A stretch of DNA of 64,000 nucleotides from Eledone cirrhosa (lineage: Eukaryota): positions 109,926,001 through 109,990,000 of the forward strand of contig OZ024743.1 of the NCBI GenBank assembly GCA_964016885.1, in the 5' to 3' direction. Positions 1-12,500 of the stretch are shown in pieces; the stretch's first letter is position 1; every line of letters starts with the position of its first letter. The notes under the pieces are model-generated. The model did not search any database, was not told where the DNA came from, and was given only the letters and a program-made list of their open reading frames with translations. The position numbers and the translations under genes were made by a program.

Positions 1-58
<58 letters not shown>

Positions 59-83
59 TTATATAAATGTAATAATAATAATA

Positions 84-462
84 ATAAATGTAATCTGAAT
101 TTTTCGAATATTAATAATAACATTCTATTCGTTTGCAATTATACAAACCAGCCTCAATTTTATAGTCATGTAAGAAGAATGAACCCTCCATTCTTCCTCT
201 TGTGTTGGCATGTGAACAGAACTGCAGACACTAATGTTTCTGAGTTTCACCCTTTATCAGTACATCTCACTGTTCACGTGACAAACTGTCAGAGCTAGTG
301 AAAATATATGCTATTTTCAAAAATACACAGTGAATGATCGGCATGATTTGCATATTAGTAGACTGGCCAGTCAGTTTCCTGTATACGAGCGATAAATGTC
401 CGGTTTTGCCAAAAAAAAAAAAAATTCGCTCTACATGGCTGAATACAATAAATGTAATCTAT
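84..462 (-). mobile_element. Non-coding HHR repeat family A (retrozyme-like), ~364 bp unit
   Basis: AAATGTAATCT recurs at 86 and 450. Homologous to 55320-56250. HHR at 223-264 and octamer ATTTGCAT at 346-353. Flanked by (TA)n. Confidence 0.7.
223..264 (-). ncRNA. Type I hammerhead motif, family A (G8>A)
   Basis: Minus strand: TGTA-CTGATAA-A GGGT GAA ACTC A-GAAA-CAT TA GTG-TC-TGCA; all three stems pair. Confidence 0.65.
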
Positions 463-487
463 TCTTCTTAGCCGGTAATCTGAGTAT

Positions 488-650
<163 letters not shown>

Positions 651-672
651 AATACATATATATATATATATT

Positions 673-722
<50 letters not shown>

Positions 723-779
723 GCAAGCATTGCTTTATTGTACTACAATAAAACTCACCTCCTACACTATATATATATG

Positions 780-812
<33 letters not shown>

Positions 813-813
813 T

Positions 814-889
<76 letters not shown>

Positions 890-999
890 AATATATATAT
901 ATATATATATATGTATATAAATATATATATATATATATGTATATATATACATATATATATAGTGTAGGAGGTGAGTTTTATTGTAGTACAATAAAGCAA

Positions 1000-1084
1000 T
1001 GCTTGCATAAATTCCACAGAACTTTCCATAAAGTTTACAGCTAATATGATAAACTTTATCAATTCAGAATCCTTTTCTCAAAGG

Positions 1085-1155
<71 letters not shown>

Positions 1156-2035
1156 TTCTTTAAAAATATACCCATCTTTCTACCTTATTTCAAAGTTATT
1201 TATTATATTTATTATATTCTACATCACTCCTAATTTCTAACCCGTAATCTGTACATTTTCTCACTGTGCCTAACATAGAAACGATTATTACACAATACAC
1301 CATATTCTTACTTCATATCACCTTGAAAAAATCCTTCGTAAACATAAACATTTTTTTGACGTTAGATTATTCATCCTCTATTCATTACTTTATTCTCCCT
1401 TTCATCTAACTTATTCATGCTCATCTCACAATATATCCTTACTTACATTACTTGTGTTTTTTTAATAATACATATCAACATTTTATTTCCATCGCACATA
1501 TTATTAAACCCTTAAATATTATTCTTAATACATATTAACAATTCCTTTTCATCGCACATATTATTAAACCCTTCTATATACAAACCTTAACTTTACATTA
1601 TTTTTCTCTTAGTTAATTTTCAAATTCTTTTAATTTATACATTATCTTCCAACGGTTTTTTCAACCTCTCTATGTATAACAATATATTTTTCTCAGTTAT
1701 AAAAGCAATCTCTCTCTCTCTATCACCCATCTCTCCTCCTATCTCATTTTCCTCACTATAGTCATCCCCCTCCACTTTTTACTCTCATCTCCTCCTCTTT
1801 TTCACCCCCCCCCCCACCTCCCTCAAAAATTGTTTTCCTCAATATCACACATCAATCTAAAACTACTTTTCATATGTTGATTTAAAACTGCACTATCCAC
1901 AAGTGTTTTTTAACCTTCAAATCATGTCCTCCTATTTTATCTGATGAAAACACAAATGTTACTGCATGATGATATTTGTTTTTGAGATGCGCATAATAAA
2001 ATACATGGAACTCATTTAACCATCTTTTGATCTTA
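1000..2035 (+). mobile_element. 3' end of Naiad-type PLE family B (ORF tail, 3' UTR, HHR)
   Basis: [14 protein letters not shown] matches the C-terminus of the 38808-39023 ORF (CFHKFHRGFHKVYR). The UTR is homologous to 37376-38800 and 40430-41426. Confidence 0.85.
1933..2003 (+). ncRNA. Type I hammerhead motif, family B (GAAA>GAGA)
   Basis: TATTTTAT-CTGATGA-long stem II-GAGA-TGCGCA-TA-ATAAAATA; palindromic stem III. Confidence 0.75.
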
Positions 2036-2040
2036 TATAT

Positions 2041-2073
<33 letters not shown>

Positions 2074-2075
<2 letters not shown>

Positions 2076-2380
2076 AGGGCGGGTAAAATTCCCGAGATCC
2101 ATGGACGAGTTCTCTCCAGCGGTCTCTGTCCCTCATTATCGCTGCCATGTCCTTCGTCTCCAACAGACCAGTGTCTGACCCTAGGGCATCAACAAACTTT
2201 AACGTTGGTCTTCCTCTTCTAGTGTGTCCATATAGGGGCTCCGAAAGGAGTACTGAGTGCAATGTCAACTCTGGATGTCGGTGAGCATGTCCAGCTAACC
2301 TCAGTCTCCTCTGTGTCACTTTCGAGCTGACTTTTGGGAGGCTCCCATACAGCTCTGAGTTTTTCATCCTCAGTGTATAC
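2074..2380 (-). mobile_element. RTE-clade LINE 3' fragment
   Basis: ELYG..PKVS..VTQRRLRLAGH..RHPE...RRGRP...RDRWR is a typical RTE C-terminus. Confidence 0.85.
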
Positions 2381-2383
2381 TCA

Positions 2384-2452
<69 letters not shown>

Positions 2453-2462
2453 TATATATATA

Positions 2463-2797
2463 TCTATATATATACAACTGAGGATGCCTGTCTGTGTGTG
2501 TGTGAGTTCGAATCCCTAAAACTCGAGAACCGCCCAACCGACTCTTTTCAAACTTTACACATGTAATGCGAGGGTTTCTGCGAGTCTTTTGAGCAAAAGT
2601 AATTCAAATTTTCAATGTCCTAGCGACCGCATTAGACAATTTATCAATATCTCTTTATAATTCTTAGGCTTTCTCTTTTTAGTTAGATACATCCATATAA
2701 CGTCGCGCCCATATAATATCTGTCTGTATATCTGGCTGTCTGCATTATGTCACTCCGCTGACGATGTCTGTCTGCGCGCGCGCGCGTGTGTGTGTGT

Positions 2798-2835
<38 letters not shown>

Positions 2836-2849
2836 GTGTGCGTGCGTGC

Positions 2850-2933
<84 letters not shown>

Positions 2934-3520
2934 TTGAATCCCTAAAACACGAGAAGTACCCAACCGATTTTTTTCAAACTTTACATGTGTATTACTTATG
3001 TTTCAGTTAGTGTTATGCACACAAACAAATTCCACCTTTTTTTTACCTCCTAGGGCTCACACTGGGTGAAAAACCGTTTTTTAAGAATGTTTGTGTTTTT
3101 TTGAGGCGTTGCGTCAGACCGATTACTTTGAAATTGTATCTATGCATTAGTCAGTCTCTTCTTCATACTGTAAGCAAATAAAATCCAACTTTCTTATGGC
3201 CTAGGGCCCGCATTAGGTGAAAAATTTCATTTTTTCAGCTTCTTAGGGCTTTTTGGAGGCGTTACGTCTAGCCAATTTTCACGAAATTTCAAGTCATATT
3301 ATGCACATAAAATATATTCATTTCCTTGATCCCCCAGGGCCCGCATTAGGTGAAAACCTGCATTTTACCTGCTTCATCGAAGAAAATCTTAAAGAGTATC
3401 CAGCCATCAGAGTATTCGATTTATTTTGTTTACAGGCATGCAGTTTCTCCACGATTAGTTCTGTTGGTGGCCCCCGTTCCAAAATACATTATCCCGTGCA
3501 ACGGCGGGTACCACTGCTAG
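2463..3520 (+). mobile_element. Non-autonomous Helitron
   Basis: 5' TCTATATATATA; 3' hairpin CCCGTGCAACGGCGGG (3493-3508) then CTAG (3517-3520); A|T insertion site; internal (GT)n. Confidence 0.8.
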
Positions 3521-3540
3521 TATATATATATATATAATAA

Positions 3541-3730
3541 ATGTTTCTACTTTTGGCACAAGGCCAGCAATTACACAGTGGATTACGGGTACTTTATTTT
3601 ATCGACCCTGGTAAGGATGAAAGGCAAAGTTAACCTCGGCACGATTTGAAATCAGAATGGCAAGGGATGTAACTCTATGCGTCAAAGCATGGCGTTTCGA
3701 CCCTCTACCGATATTGCCAATCCACTACCT
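3541..3730 (-). mobile_element. tRNA-derived SINE (octopus-type)
   Basis: GGCACAAGGCCAGCAATT...TTTATCGACC...GGATGAAAGGCAAAGT body is shared with the copies at 24278, 29620 and 55815. Confidence 0.8.
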
Positions 3731-4116
3731 AATAATAATAATAATGAATTTGAAGACTAAATTCCAATCATTTAATAATCGAATCGTTATTTTGTCACCC
3801 TTTTTTCAGCCTTAAAGAATTAGCTTCTAAATAATTTCCTTTTTTCTTTAAACCATTGAACCCCACCCATCCTGTAGACACCTGTCTTATAGGCATTGTT
3901 AGTCCAAGTGATAAACAAGGATTGGTATTCCTATTTTGAACTTGCTTACTGTATTCTTTCTGCCTTTGTTAATTTTATAGCTTTAAAGAATTAGCTTTTA
4001 ATGAACTGCCTTTTCTTTAATTCCTTCAACCAATGACCCACACCCATGACAATTCCCACCCTATCCCACCACCAGATAAGGAAAAATATAAATACTACCA
4101 TTTTACATGGACAGCC

Positions 4117-4167
4117 AGCTTCCTGATGATTTCTCACGAATGAAACAGTTCTAGTCCTGTAGAAGCT
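4117..4167 (+). ncRNA. Type I hammerhead motif, family C
   Basis: AGCTTC-CTGATGA-T TTC TCAC GAA T-GAAA-CAG(8 nt)CTG-TA-GAAGCT; ends a ~420 bp insert just before (TA)n. Confidence 0.8.
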
Positions 4168-4192
4168 CTTCTATATATAAATATATAAATAA

Positions 4193-4241
<49 letters not shown>

Positions 4242-4272
4242 TTTGAATGGATACAGTTTAGTTGAAAGGAAT

Positions 4273-4393
4273 TTATTGACACGTGTTTCTATAACAGTTA
4301 CATAACCTGAAAACAGCTGCTATCTACAAAGTATTAGTTATGCAGACATTCAATATTTCAATGTTATTATTTACTGTCATTTCATCAGAATAA
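4273..4393 (-). ncRNA. Type I hammerhead motif with ~90 nt stem II, family D
   Basis: Minus strand: TTATT-CTGATGA-A ATGACAGT...ACTGTTAT A-GAAA-CACGTG-TC-AATAA. Confidence 0.75.
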
Positions 4394-5002
4394 TGTTACT
4401 GAGGACATGTTTGGTTTTTATAGAGAATATTAGGAGGGAGGGGTGAAGTTGTTAGAAGAATAGTTGAGGGAGTGGTTTTTTGATAGCAGTGAGAATTGTT
4501 GGTGGCAGTGAGTAATTAGATTCCCATCTGTTGTTTTGACATTTTTTTAGAATATATTATTGGTTATTTTTCTAAATCTATAGAAGGATTAGAGATAGTA
4601 AAGATATGCATGGTTGGTTTTGTGGTTGCACTTAATTAACATTCAGACTTAAATTTTTCTTTCAAGTGTACGTACCCTTTCACCCACGCATTCACACACA
4701 AACATATTTGCACACCTCTACAAAATACATATACTCACATTCACATAGTAACATGTTCCTACTTACATATACATACACATGCATACATATATATATACAC
4801 ACATGTATTCATGTACATACATACGCGTTCATGTGTATGCATTTTGATACTCAACTTATCTTTATATACACACGTATAGACACACACATATATACATACA
4901 TACTCTAGTCTATGTGTATACATATACATATATATATATATACCTATATATATATAAGTACTTTAATACATGAATATACTTACATCTAACTATACACATC
5001 AA

Positions 5003-5033
<31 letters not shown>

Positions 5034-5120
5034 GAAAAAATTTGAACAGGGACAAAACAGAGAGGCAGTACAATAAATGTTTATTAATTTCACGCTCAGG
5101 AGAGTGGGGGGTAGGTGGGG

Positions 5121-5155
5121 GACGACGTTTCGGGCATAAGCCCATCCTCAGGTGA
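5121..5155 (-). ncRNA. Minimal hammerhead-like core in the PLE terminal repeat
   Basis: Minus strand: CTGAGGA-T GGGC TTAT GCCC-GAAA-CGTCG-TC; stem I does not pair convincingly. Confidence 0.55.
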
Positions 5156-6600
5156 GAAGTGTGTGGGGACAGAGTTCAAAAGGTGTGTAGGGGAGTGGTG
5201 GAGAGACATATAGCGAAAGGAAACGGTGCGAATGAAAAAAACAAATAAAGATAAAAAATAAAAATAAAGCATGATCAAAATACAAGGAATAAGAAAATTT
5301 AAAAATAAAGGCATGATCAAAATAAACTGAAATTAAAAGGGGGGTAAACAGGTGGTGGAAGGGTGTGGGGTGAGTAGGGGTGGTGGCGGGTGGAGTGGGG
5401 AGAGGGAGACGGGGTGTCCGAGCGGGGAGGGATGAAGGTGGTGTGTGTGTAGGTGTGCGTGCGTGTGTGTGTGTATGTGAAAGTAAGGGTTGCGGGAAAA
5501 ACGGGGTTGCATGTTCAGGAAGGGGTGTGTGTGGGGGGTGTTTTTGTGGGTCGGAGTGTCTGTGCGTGTGTGGATAGGGGGGTGGGTCGAGGGAAATCTG
5601 GAGGCTGAGGGTGTAAATATCTGGTGGGAAGCACGTGTGTGTGGGGTTTAAGCGTGTTGTGGGTGTGGGTGGCGTGTGGAGAAAAAAATTGTTTTGGGGT
5701 GTGTGTGTGGGTGAGTTATATAGGTGATGACGTAAGAGGATGGTTGAAAAGTTGGTAAGTTCCAAGGATGTTAGGAGGATTGCTTATAAGTCAATTTCTG
5801 CGTGTGGGTAATCCATGAAGCGGTGGTCGGAAGAGGAGAGATGTGGGCTAAGCGCGCAACAGGAAGTGGTCAGCAGTGGGAGTGCTGTGGTCTGTTGGTG
5901 CTGGGAGGTGGTCAGAAGGGCATAGCAGCAGTCGGTAGAATGGTAGGGGGCGAGGATGGGTAGGTGTGAATGTTGGAGTGAGGAGGGTGTGTGTGTGTAT
6001 TAGTAGGGGTGTTAGTGGGATGAGTGAGTATGGAGCGAGCGTGTGGGTGGAGTAGGGAGAGAAGGGTGTGTGTGGTTCTATGGAGGGAGTGTGGTGTACT
6101 GGTGTGTGTGTAGTTTGATGAAGAGTTGTTAGTGAGTGTTAGTATCGGGAGGAGGGGAGGTGTTGAATGCAGGTGTGAGTGGGGGTTAGTGGTGGTAGGG
6201 TGTGTAGAGTGGTGGTGTACGAGGGTGTGTGGGTACGTGTGCGTAGGGTTGGGGGTGTTAGTGATGTTAGTTGCGTGTGGGGTGGGTGGTGTAAGTGGGT
6301 GCGTGTGTTCATGTGCTTGGGGTTACGGCGTGTTAGTGAGGTTAGTTGCGGGGTGGTGGGATGGAGGTGTGGGGGTGAGAGGTGTGGGGGTGAGGGTTAG
6401 TGGTGGTAGTAGGGTGTGTGTTTAGTGTGAGCGCGTGTATATATGTGCCGGTGGGTGTGTGCGTGTGATAAGGAGGGGGGGAGGAGGGAAGGGATGTTAG
6501 TATGTTAGTTGGGGAAGGGTGGTCAGAAGAGTGGTGGAGTGGAGGTGTTAGTATTGTTAGTGTGGGGTGGGCGGTGAAAAGGAGGGGTGTGTGAGTGGTG

Positions 6601-8614
6601 TTAGTGGGGGATGAGTGTGTGGGAGGGGGGCGGTCGAACGCTAAAGGAATAAGGGGGGGGGAGTTCAGGTCGGGGGGAGTGTGGGTCTGTAAGATGAAGA
6701 TAGTTCGTTGTTCGACCGTAAGGCGATGGGCGGGTGTTCCGTGGCACTGGAGTAGGCCACAGACTGTGAGATGGCGTGCGGAGTGTCCAGGGCCACCAAA
6801 GTGGCGGGCGATGGGGGAACTGCCCCCGAGACGAATATCCCGGAGGTTCTCCGTGACTCAGTCCGCCAGGCGACGTCCCGTCTGTCCGACATAAGACGCG
6901 AAGTCCGTAGACTAGGTTGGAGGAGGTGCAGCGGAAGGCATGCCGGACCGAGAGAGAGTGGCCGTTGGGACCCTGGAAGGTGGTGGTGTTGGGGATGTGG
7001 GGACAGGTGTTGCAGCGGGGCATAGAACAGGGAAAGGAACCGGGGGGGGGGGGCAGAGCGTGGGTTGGGGGCTAGGGAGCTGTGGACGAGGAGGGTGCGG
7101 AGATTGCGTGCGCGTTTGAAGGAGGGGAGTGGTGGGGTTGGAAAGATGTGGGAGGTGGAGGGGTCGGACTGGAGGCGTCGGAAGAGGCGGCGGATGGTGC
7201 GGTTGAGGGGTAAGGTGGAGGGGTGGTAGGTGATGGGGAAGGGGAGACGGTGGGTGGGTGTGCAGTGGCGTGGGGTGAGGGTGGTGGAGCGGGGGACAGC
7301 ACGGGCGCGGGTGAGAGCGGTGTAGACGAGAGAGGGGGGGTAACCTCTGCGGATGAAATGGCTGACTAGGGAAAGGGCTTGGGACTCGAAGTCAGCATCA
7401 CGGCTACAGAGGCGGCGGATCCTGAGAAATTGGGAGTAGGGAATGGAGTGTTTAGTGTAGGTGGGGTGGGAAGAGGTGAAGTCGAGATAAGAGTGGGAGT
7501 CCGTGGGTTTGAAGAAGGCGGAGGTGACGAGGGATTGGTGGGAGGGGTCGAAGGCGACGGAGATGTCTAAGAAGTGGACGTGGGTGGTGGAGATAGAGGT
7601 GGTGAAGTGGAGGGAGGTGTGGAAGGAGCAGAAGAAGGAGAGAAAGGAGTAGAGCTGTTCTCGGGTGAGGGTCGTGGCTCCGATACAGTCGTCAATGTAA
7701 CGACCGTACAGTTCGGGCGTGGGGCCGGCGTACTGGGCAAAGATTTGGGCCTCAACATGGCCAACAAAAAGGTTGGCATAGTTCGGGCCCATTCTTGTGC
7801 CCATGGCTACCCCCGTGACCTGTTGGTAAAACTCACGCGAGAAGGAGAAACAATTTAGGGTGAGGACCAGCTCGGCGAGGCGAAGGATGGTGGGGGTGGA
7901 GGGAATGGGGGAGGGGCGAATGTCGAGGTAGTGTTTGAGGGCGCGAAGACCGTCGGCGTGGGGGATGACTGTATAGAGGGACTTGATGTCTAGGGTGAAG
8001 AGGAAGGGCTGTGGGCCGGGAAGGTAGGTGAAGGAGTCGAAAAGGCGCAGCGCGTGGTTGGTGTCGGAGATGTGGGAGGGGAGGGTGGTGACAAGGGGGG
8101 TGAGGAGGGCGTCTAGAAAGGCGGAGATGAGTTCGGTGGGGCAGTTGCAAGCGGAGACGATGGGGCGGCCGGGGTTGTCGGGTTTGTGGAGTTTGGGGAG
8201 GAAGTAGATGGTGGGGGTGCGGGGGGTGCGGACGATGAGGTGGCAAGCGGTGGGGGGAGGAGGGAGGAGGCGATAAGGTCTTTGATGGTGGAGGAGACTT
8301 GTTGTTGGTAGAGGGGGGTGGGATCGGAGGGTAGAGGGCGGTAAAAGAGGGGGTTACAGAGCTGCTTGAGGGCTTCGGCCGTGTAGAGGTCCGCGCGCCA
8401 TATCACTACGGCGCCTCCCTTGTCCGCCGGTTTGATGACGATGTCATCTCGGCTACGGAGGGAGCGGAGAGCGAGGAGTTCGCCCCGTGAGATATTGTGC
8501 CGTTTGGAACGGTGGCGGAAGTCGAAACAATTTACTGCGCTACGGCTGGCATCGACGAAGGCGTCCAGGGTGCTAAATTGCCCTGGGGCCGGCGTCCAAG
8601 AAGATTGTCGTCGA
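6601..8614 (-). pseudogene. Frameshifted PLE RT/GIY-YIG polyprotein
   Basis: IKPADKGGAVVIW, PKLHKP..PGRPIVS, MGTRMGPNYANLFV, YGRYIDD, KPTDSHSYL..SSHP, IPYSQFLRIRRLCS, RCNTC zinc linker, NLVY...YVGQT. Confidence 0.92.
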
Positions 8615-8635
8615 TATATATATATATATATATAT

Positions 8636-8853
8636 TGGTAAAAGGAAAAGAAAATGCTGACAAATTGTTCCCAGTTAAAAATAGTTTAATTAGGAATAAG
8701 TAAAAATTAGTAATAAGTATTGGTTAGTATTCAGTTTTGGTTTTAAGTTTTTACCGGTTACGCATTTCTAATGCTTTTCAAAAATAATTTTGAGATAGAG
8801 CGCCCGAGATGTTTGCTCTAATCTGATTAGAGCAAACATCACGGGCGCTCTAT
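8636..8853. repeat. Short copy of the 27771-28529 fold-back family, with its own hairpin
   Basis: Homologous to 27771-27975; ends in the hairpin ATAGAGCGCCCG..GCTCTAATC-T-GATTAGAGC..CGGGCGCTCTAT. Confidence 0.8.
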
Positions 8854-9128
8854 TGGTAAACCACAGTAGTCAAATCCTGGACTTTAAACAGAGAGAAAAT
8901 TTAACTATCTGTGTTTACACACCAAATGCAAATCTGCGAATGACTAGCAGAACCTGCTGCGTTTTTTAAAAAATACACACAGCGTACCAGCTTCATCCCA
9001 GTTGCGTGAATAGGATTATTATTCCCTGTGATTGTTTCATATGTTTATTTTAGATAGATATTTATGTCAATCAATTTCTAGTTGACCTATATATATATAT
9101 ATATAATATATATATATATATATAATAT

Positions 9129-9162
<34 letters not shown>

Positions 9163-9199
9163 AATATGTGTGTGTGTGTATATATATATAAGGGATATT

Positions 9200-9460
9200 T
9201 GGTAACGTTTATCTATTTTCTTCTTCAAACTAACATTTTAGAATTAGCTCCGTTTAAATGATTGTTTGTCTAGTTAATTTCTATGGACAAAGAGGAAAGA
9301 TTAGTTAAATTGTATCTGATTGTTCCTTATATCAATAACACTTACCTGTTATTTCTTCAAAGTTACATTTTAAACCTAAGTCAGTTTAAATGATTATTTT
9401 CTTTTTAATTTCTATGAAGAAAAGATTGGATACATTTTAACTTACTATTCTTCAAACTTG
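9200..9460. repeat. Two-unit (~130 bp) dispersed repeat
   Basis: TTACATTTT...GTTTAAATGATT...TTAATTTCTA units; a homologous pair lies at 44930-45195. Confidence 0.6.
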
Positions 9461-9518
<58 letters not shown>

Positions 9519-12500
9519 TATATATATATATATATGAGAAATTTTTTAATTGTTGATATCAAAACGTCTACCTATGTTCATTCTACAGTAACATGTATGT
9601 GTTTTATATTAACATCTCAATCCTGAAATGAATAGAAGGAGAACATAATTGGGGATCTAGATATTATCAAATGTTTCTCCAATAAAGAAATTGTGATTCA
9701 TGTAATTGAATTTGTGTACAATTGCATGGTTGTCATGTTTATCACACTATAAATGTGAAGTTGCATTACAATATGCCTTTAGAATGGACGTAAAATTAGA
9801 AATATGTATGAAAGTTGTAGAGGCATGTGAAAAAGTGTTAATAATAATAATCTGCCTCCGATGGTGTTGAATTGTCAAGCATAAAAGAATATATTTTCGG
9901 AAATTATGTGCAATGCCTGAACTTTATGTAAATGCATGCTTTGATTATTTTCAAACACAACTCTTTGATATCATAGCGTTTATTATTTTCTTGTCTCTCA
10001 AATTCCGCATGTGATGCACTAGAGTAGGGCTTTAATAAGAAGAAATACTGTTAGAATTCCTGGAAAAAGCTGCTAATTATGTGTTTGAAATAAATACACA
10101 ACATATGAAAAACATGCATTGGAATATTTAAAATGTACGATTCTAGAGTATCATTCTATAACCAAAAGTTGCTTTCCTGAATAATAATAAAGATGTGACG
10201 GTAAAATACCTAAGTGACATTATGTTATAGAATTTAGCAAAGTTAAAAGAAAGTTTGACATTGTAGAATGGAGAGTTGAACATAAATGACAAAATGATAT
10301 GAGATTTGTATACTATGTAAGTATTTGAAAGAAAGCAAAATATGAAGCAGAAAACTGAAGTATGTAATTCACTAAACATGGAAGAAAATGAGCTTATATG
10401 CATGTATACATACAAAATGAGAAATGCTAACCATATTAAGTATTGTGACAATAGAAAAAGAAAATTAAATAACTATCTAGATTTTACCTTATTAAAATAT
10501 GCTCTATATATAAACATCAATTTAATTTTGATTTATATGTAAATAGAAAATGATGTCAAACGAAAATTGAAAGTTTGTAAATAAAGATGACTTCGTAACA
10601 TAGAACTGTCGGCTAAAAAAAGTTGGAGCGCATTTTATTCTGCATAAGGATGGTGGATGTTCTACTTAATTTATTTCTTAACCAAACGAACGCATGTCCT
10701 GCAAATTAAACTGGATAATTTATTCATTAATATTGACTTCTATATGTTAACCCTATGAACAAAACGATAAGTGTAGTTAACTTTGGATGAAGGGACGATA
10801 ATCTCTGTAACGCTAAAATACAGTATCATGCTTTTGATTTTCTATATTATGAGCAATAAAGACAGCAATTCGCCTTTGAGCTTTTTGCATTGTTTTGTAT
10901 TAAAGAAAAACTGGTATTATATCTACATCATATAGTTCGCCAAATCTAACATAGACTGCGTTGGATATATATATTTACTGCTTCGCTCATTTTAATCTGC
11001 TACATCATTTATTTAACTATTAAACACATTTATTAACCAGGATAGATATTGCGACCTATTTGAAACTAAATTTGACTTCAGGTTCCAATACATTATGTGT
11101 AAAGTTTTCTTTAATTCAAGTTGAATTGCAAGGTCATCCATAGTATATATTGTAAACTTAATTGCATTTGAATACCAAATTGCAATATTTACCAGGAAGA
11201 AATGTCTGACTTGCTTGGTTTATCAATTGAGGTTCCTGGTGCCGATGTATTGATCATCTGGCATGCTGTATGAAAGATTTCATTGAGCTGTACCATAATC
11301 ATTTCCACTAATATAATGTCGTCTGAATTGCAGCTTGTATCTTCCCTTCATGAACAAAATTCTTGATAAATCATTTATATCAATGCTACCTTCATCATTA
11401 TTGTCCTGAAATTAATTGTGACATTTTCATGTGTGTTTCATAAATCACATTAATCAATGTAATTACATTCATTTAAATCTAGTTCGTCACACTCTACCCT
11501 TCACGTTTCCAATCGGAAACTAGAGTGTTCAGAACTAAGTAGCTAAGTGGGCGTTGACACATCATTATAATATGCAATATTAGGCAAGACATGTTACGGT
11601 TACGAAAATAATCTGAATTCTAGAATTTAAAATTTAGTTACTAATCACAATATGATGTCAGATATACAATGTTAGCGGTTATTGAAAGTGACTAGGCCAT
11701 ATATTATTAGTTTCATGTTTCATACATGGTTCATTTAACTACAGGAGACATCAATAGTAAAACACGATTGAAATACTGTATTATATTTAATATATTACTT
11801 TACACATATGAAACAGAGATTAAAATATCAATTATTAATAGTAATTGACAACATATTAATATAATAGTATAATATGAGCAACATTTGAGTCTAATGAAGT
11901 GATGACTAGCAATTAGTTGGATTTACTGATACCAATATATCTGTTCTTACAAGGTTAAAAGGCGAAATGTGTATTAGGTTAGAGGTATTCTACTTTATAA
12001 TGTTTACTCGGGTATAATAAGCTTGTTGCAAAATATTACGACGATTATTAATTTTGTATTCTGATTGAGTACATGTTTTTTACCAATGATAAAACAATAT
12101 AGTCTAATTCTGTTAATATCAGGGTTCTCGTTATTATTGTGTACTCAATTCCTATCGGTATCAATAAGCCGAGGGTATAATTCATAATTCAACAGCATAT
12201 ACAATTGAAATGCCTATCTCTGTTGGGATGAGGTTCTTGTTGCACACATTGACATAGTGATATTCAGCATATCGGATGCTATTTGCGGCCTGCTTACATT
12301 TTCTCATAACCAATCCAATCTGTTTTATATGCCTGTTTGTCGATGTCCCGGTTGTGGTATGTAAACTATACTTCGTAAGATTGCGACAGTTCTTCTCTAG
12401 TCTGATCCAGCCCAGTTCAGCTTTTGTTGTTTGTGAAATTATAATATTTAATTATACATATCTGTGTGGTATTTTGTGTTTTCTCTGCAGGAATCCGTGG

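Larger units (their letters stand above)
5031..8614 (-). mobile_element. Neptune-type Penelope-like element, 5'-truncated, inside (TA)n
   Basis: RT plus GIY-YIG at 6601-8614, ~1.5 kb C/A-rich 3' UTR, HHR-like core at 5121-5151, AATAAA near the 3' end. Confidence 0.92.

Noticed and set aside
5148-6425. Pro/His/Thr-rich and Gly/Val-rich ORFs
   Set aside because: By-products of the low-complexity PLE 3' UTR.
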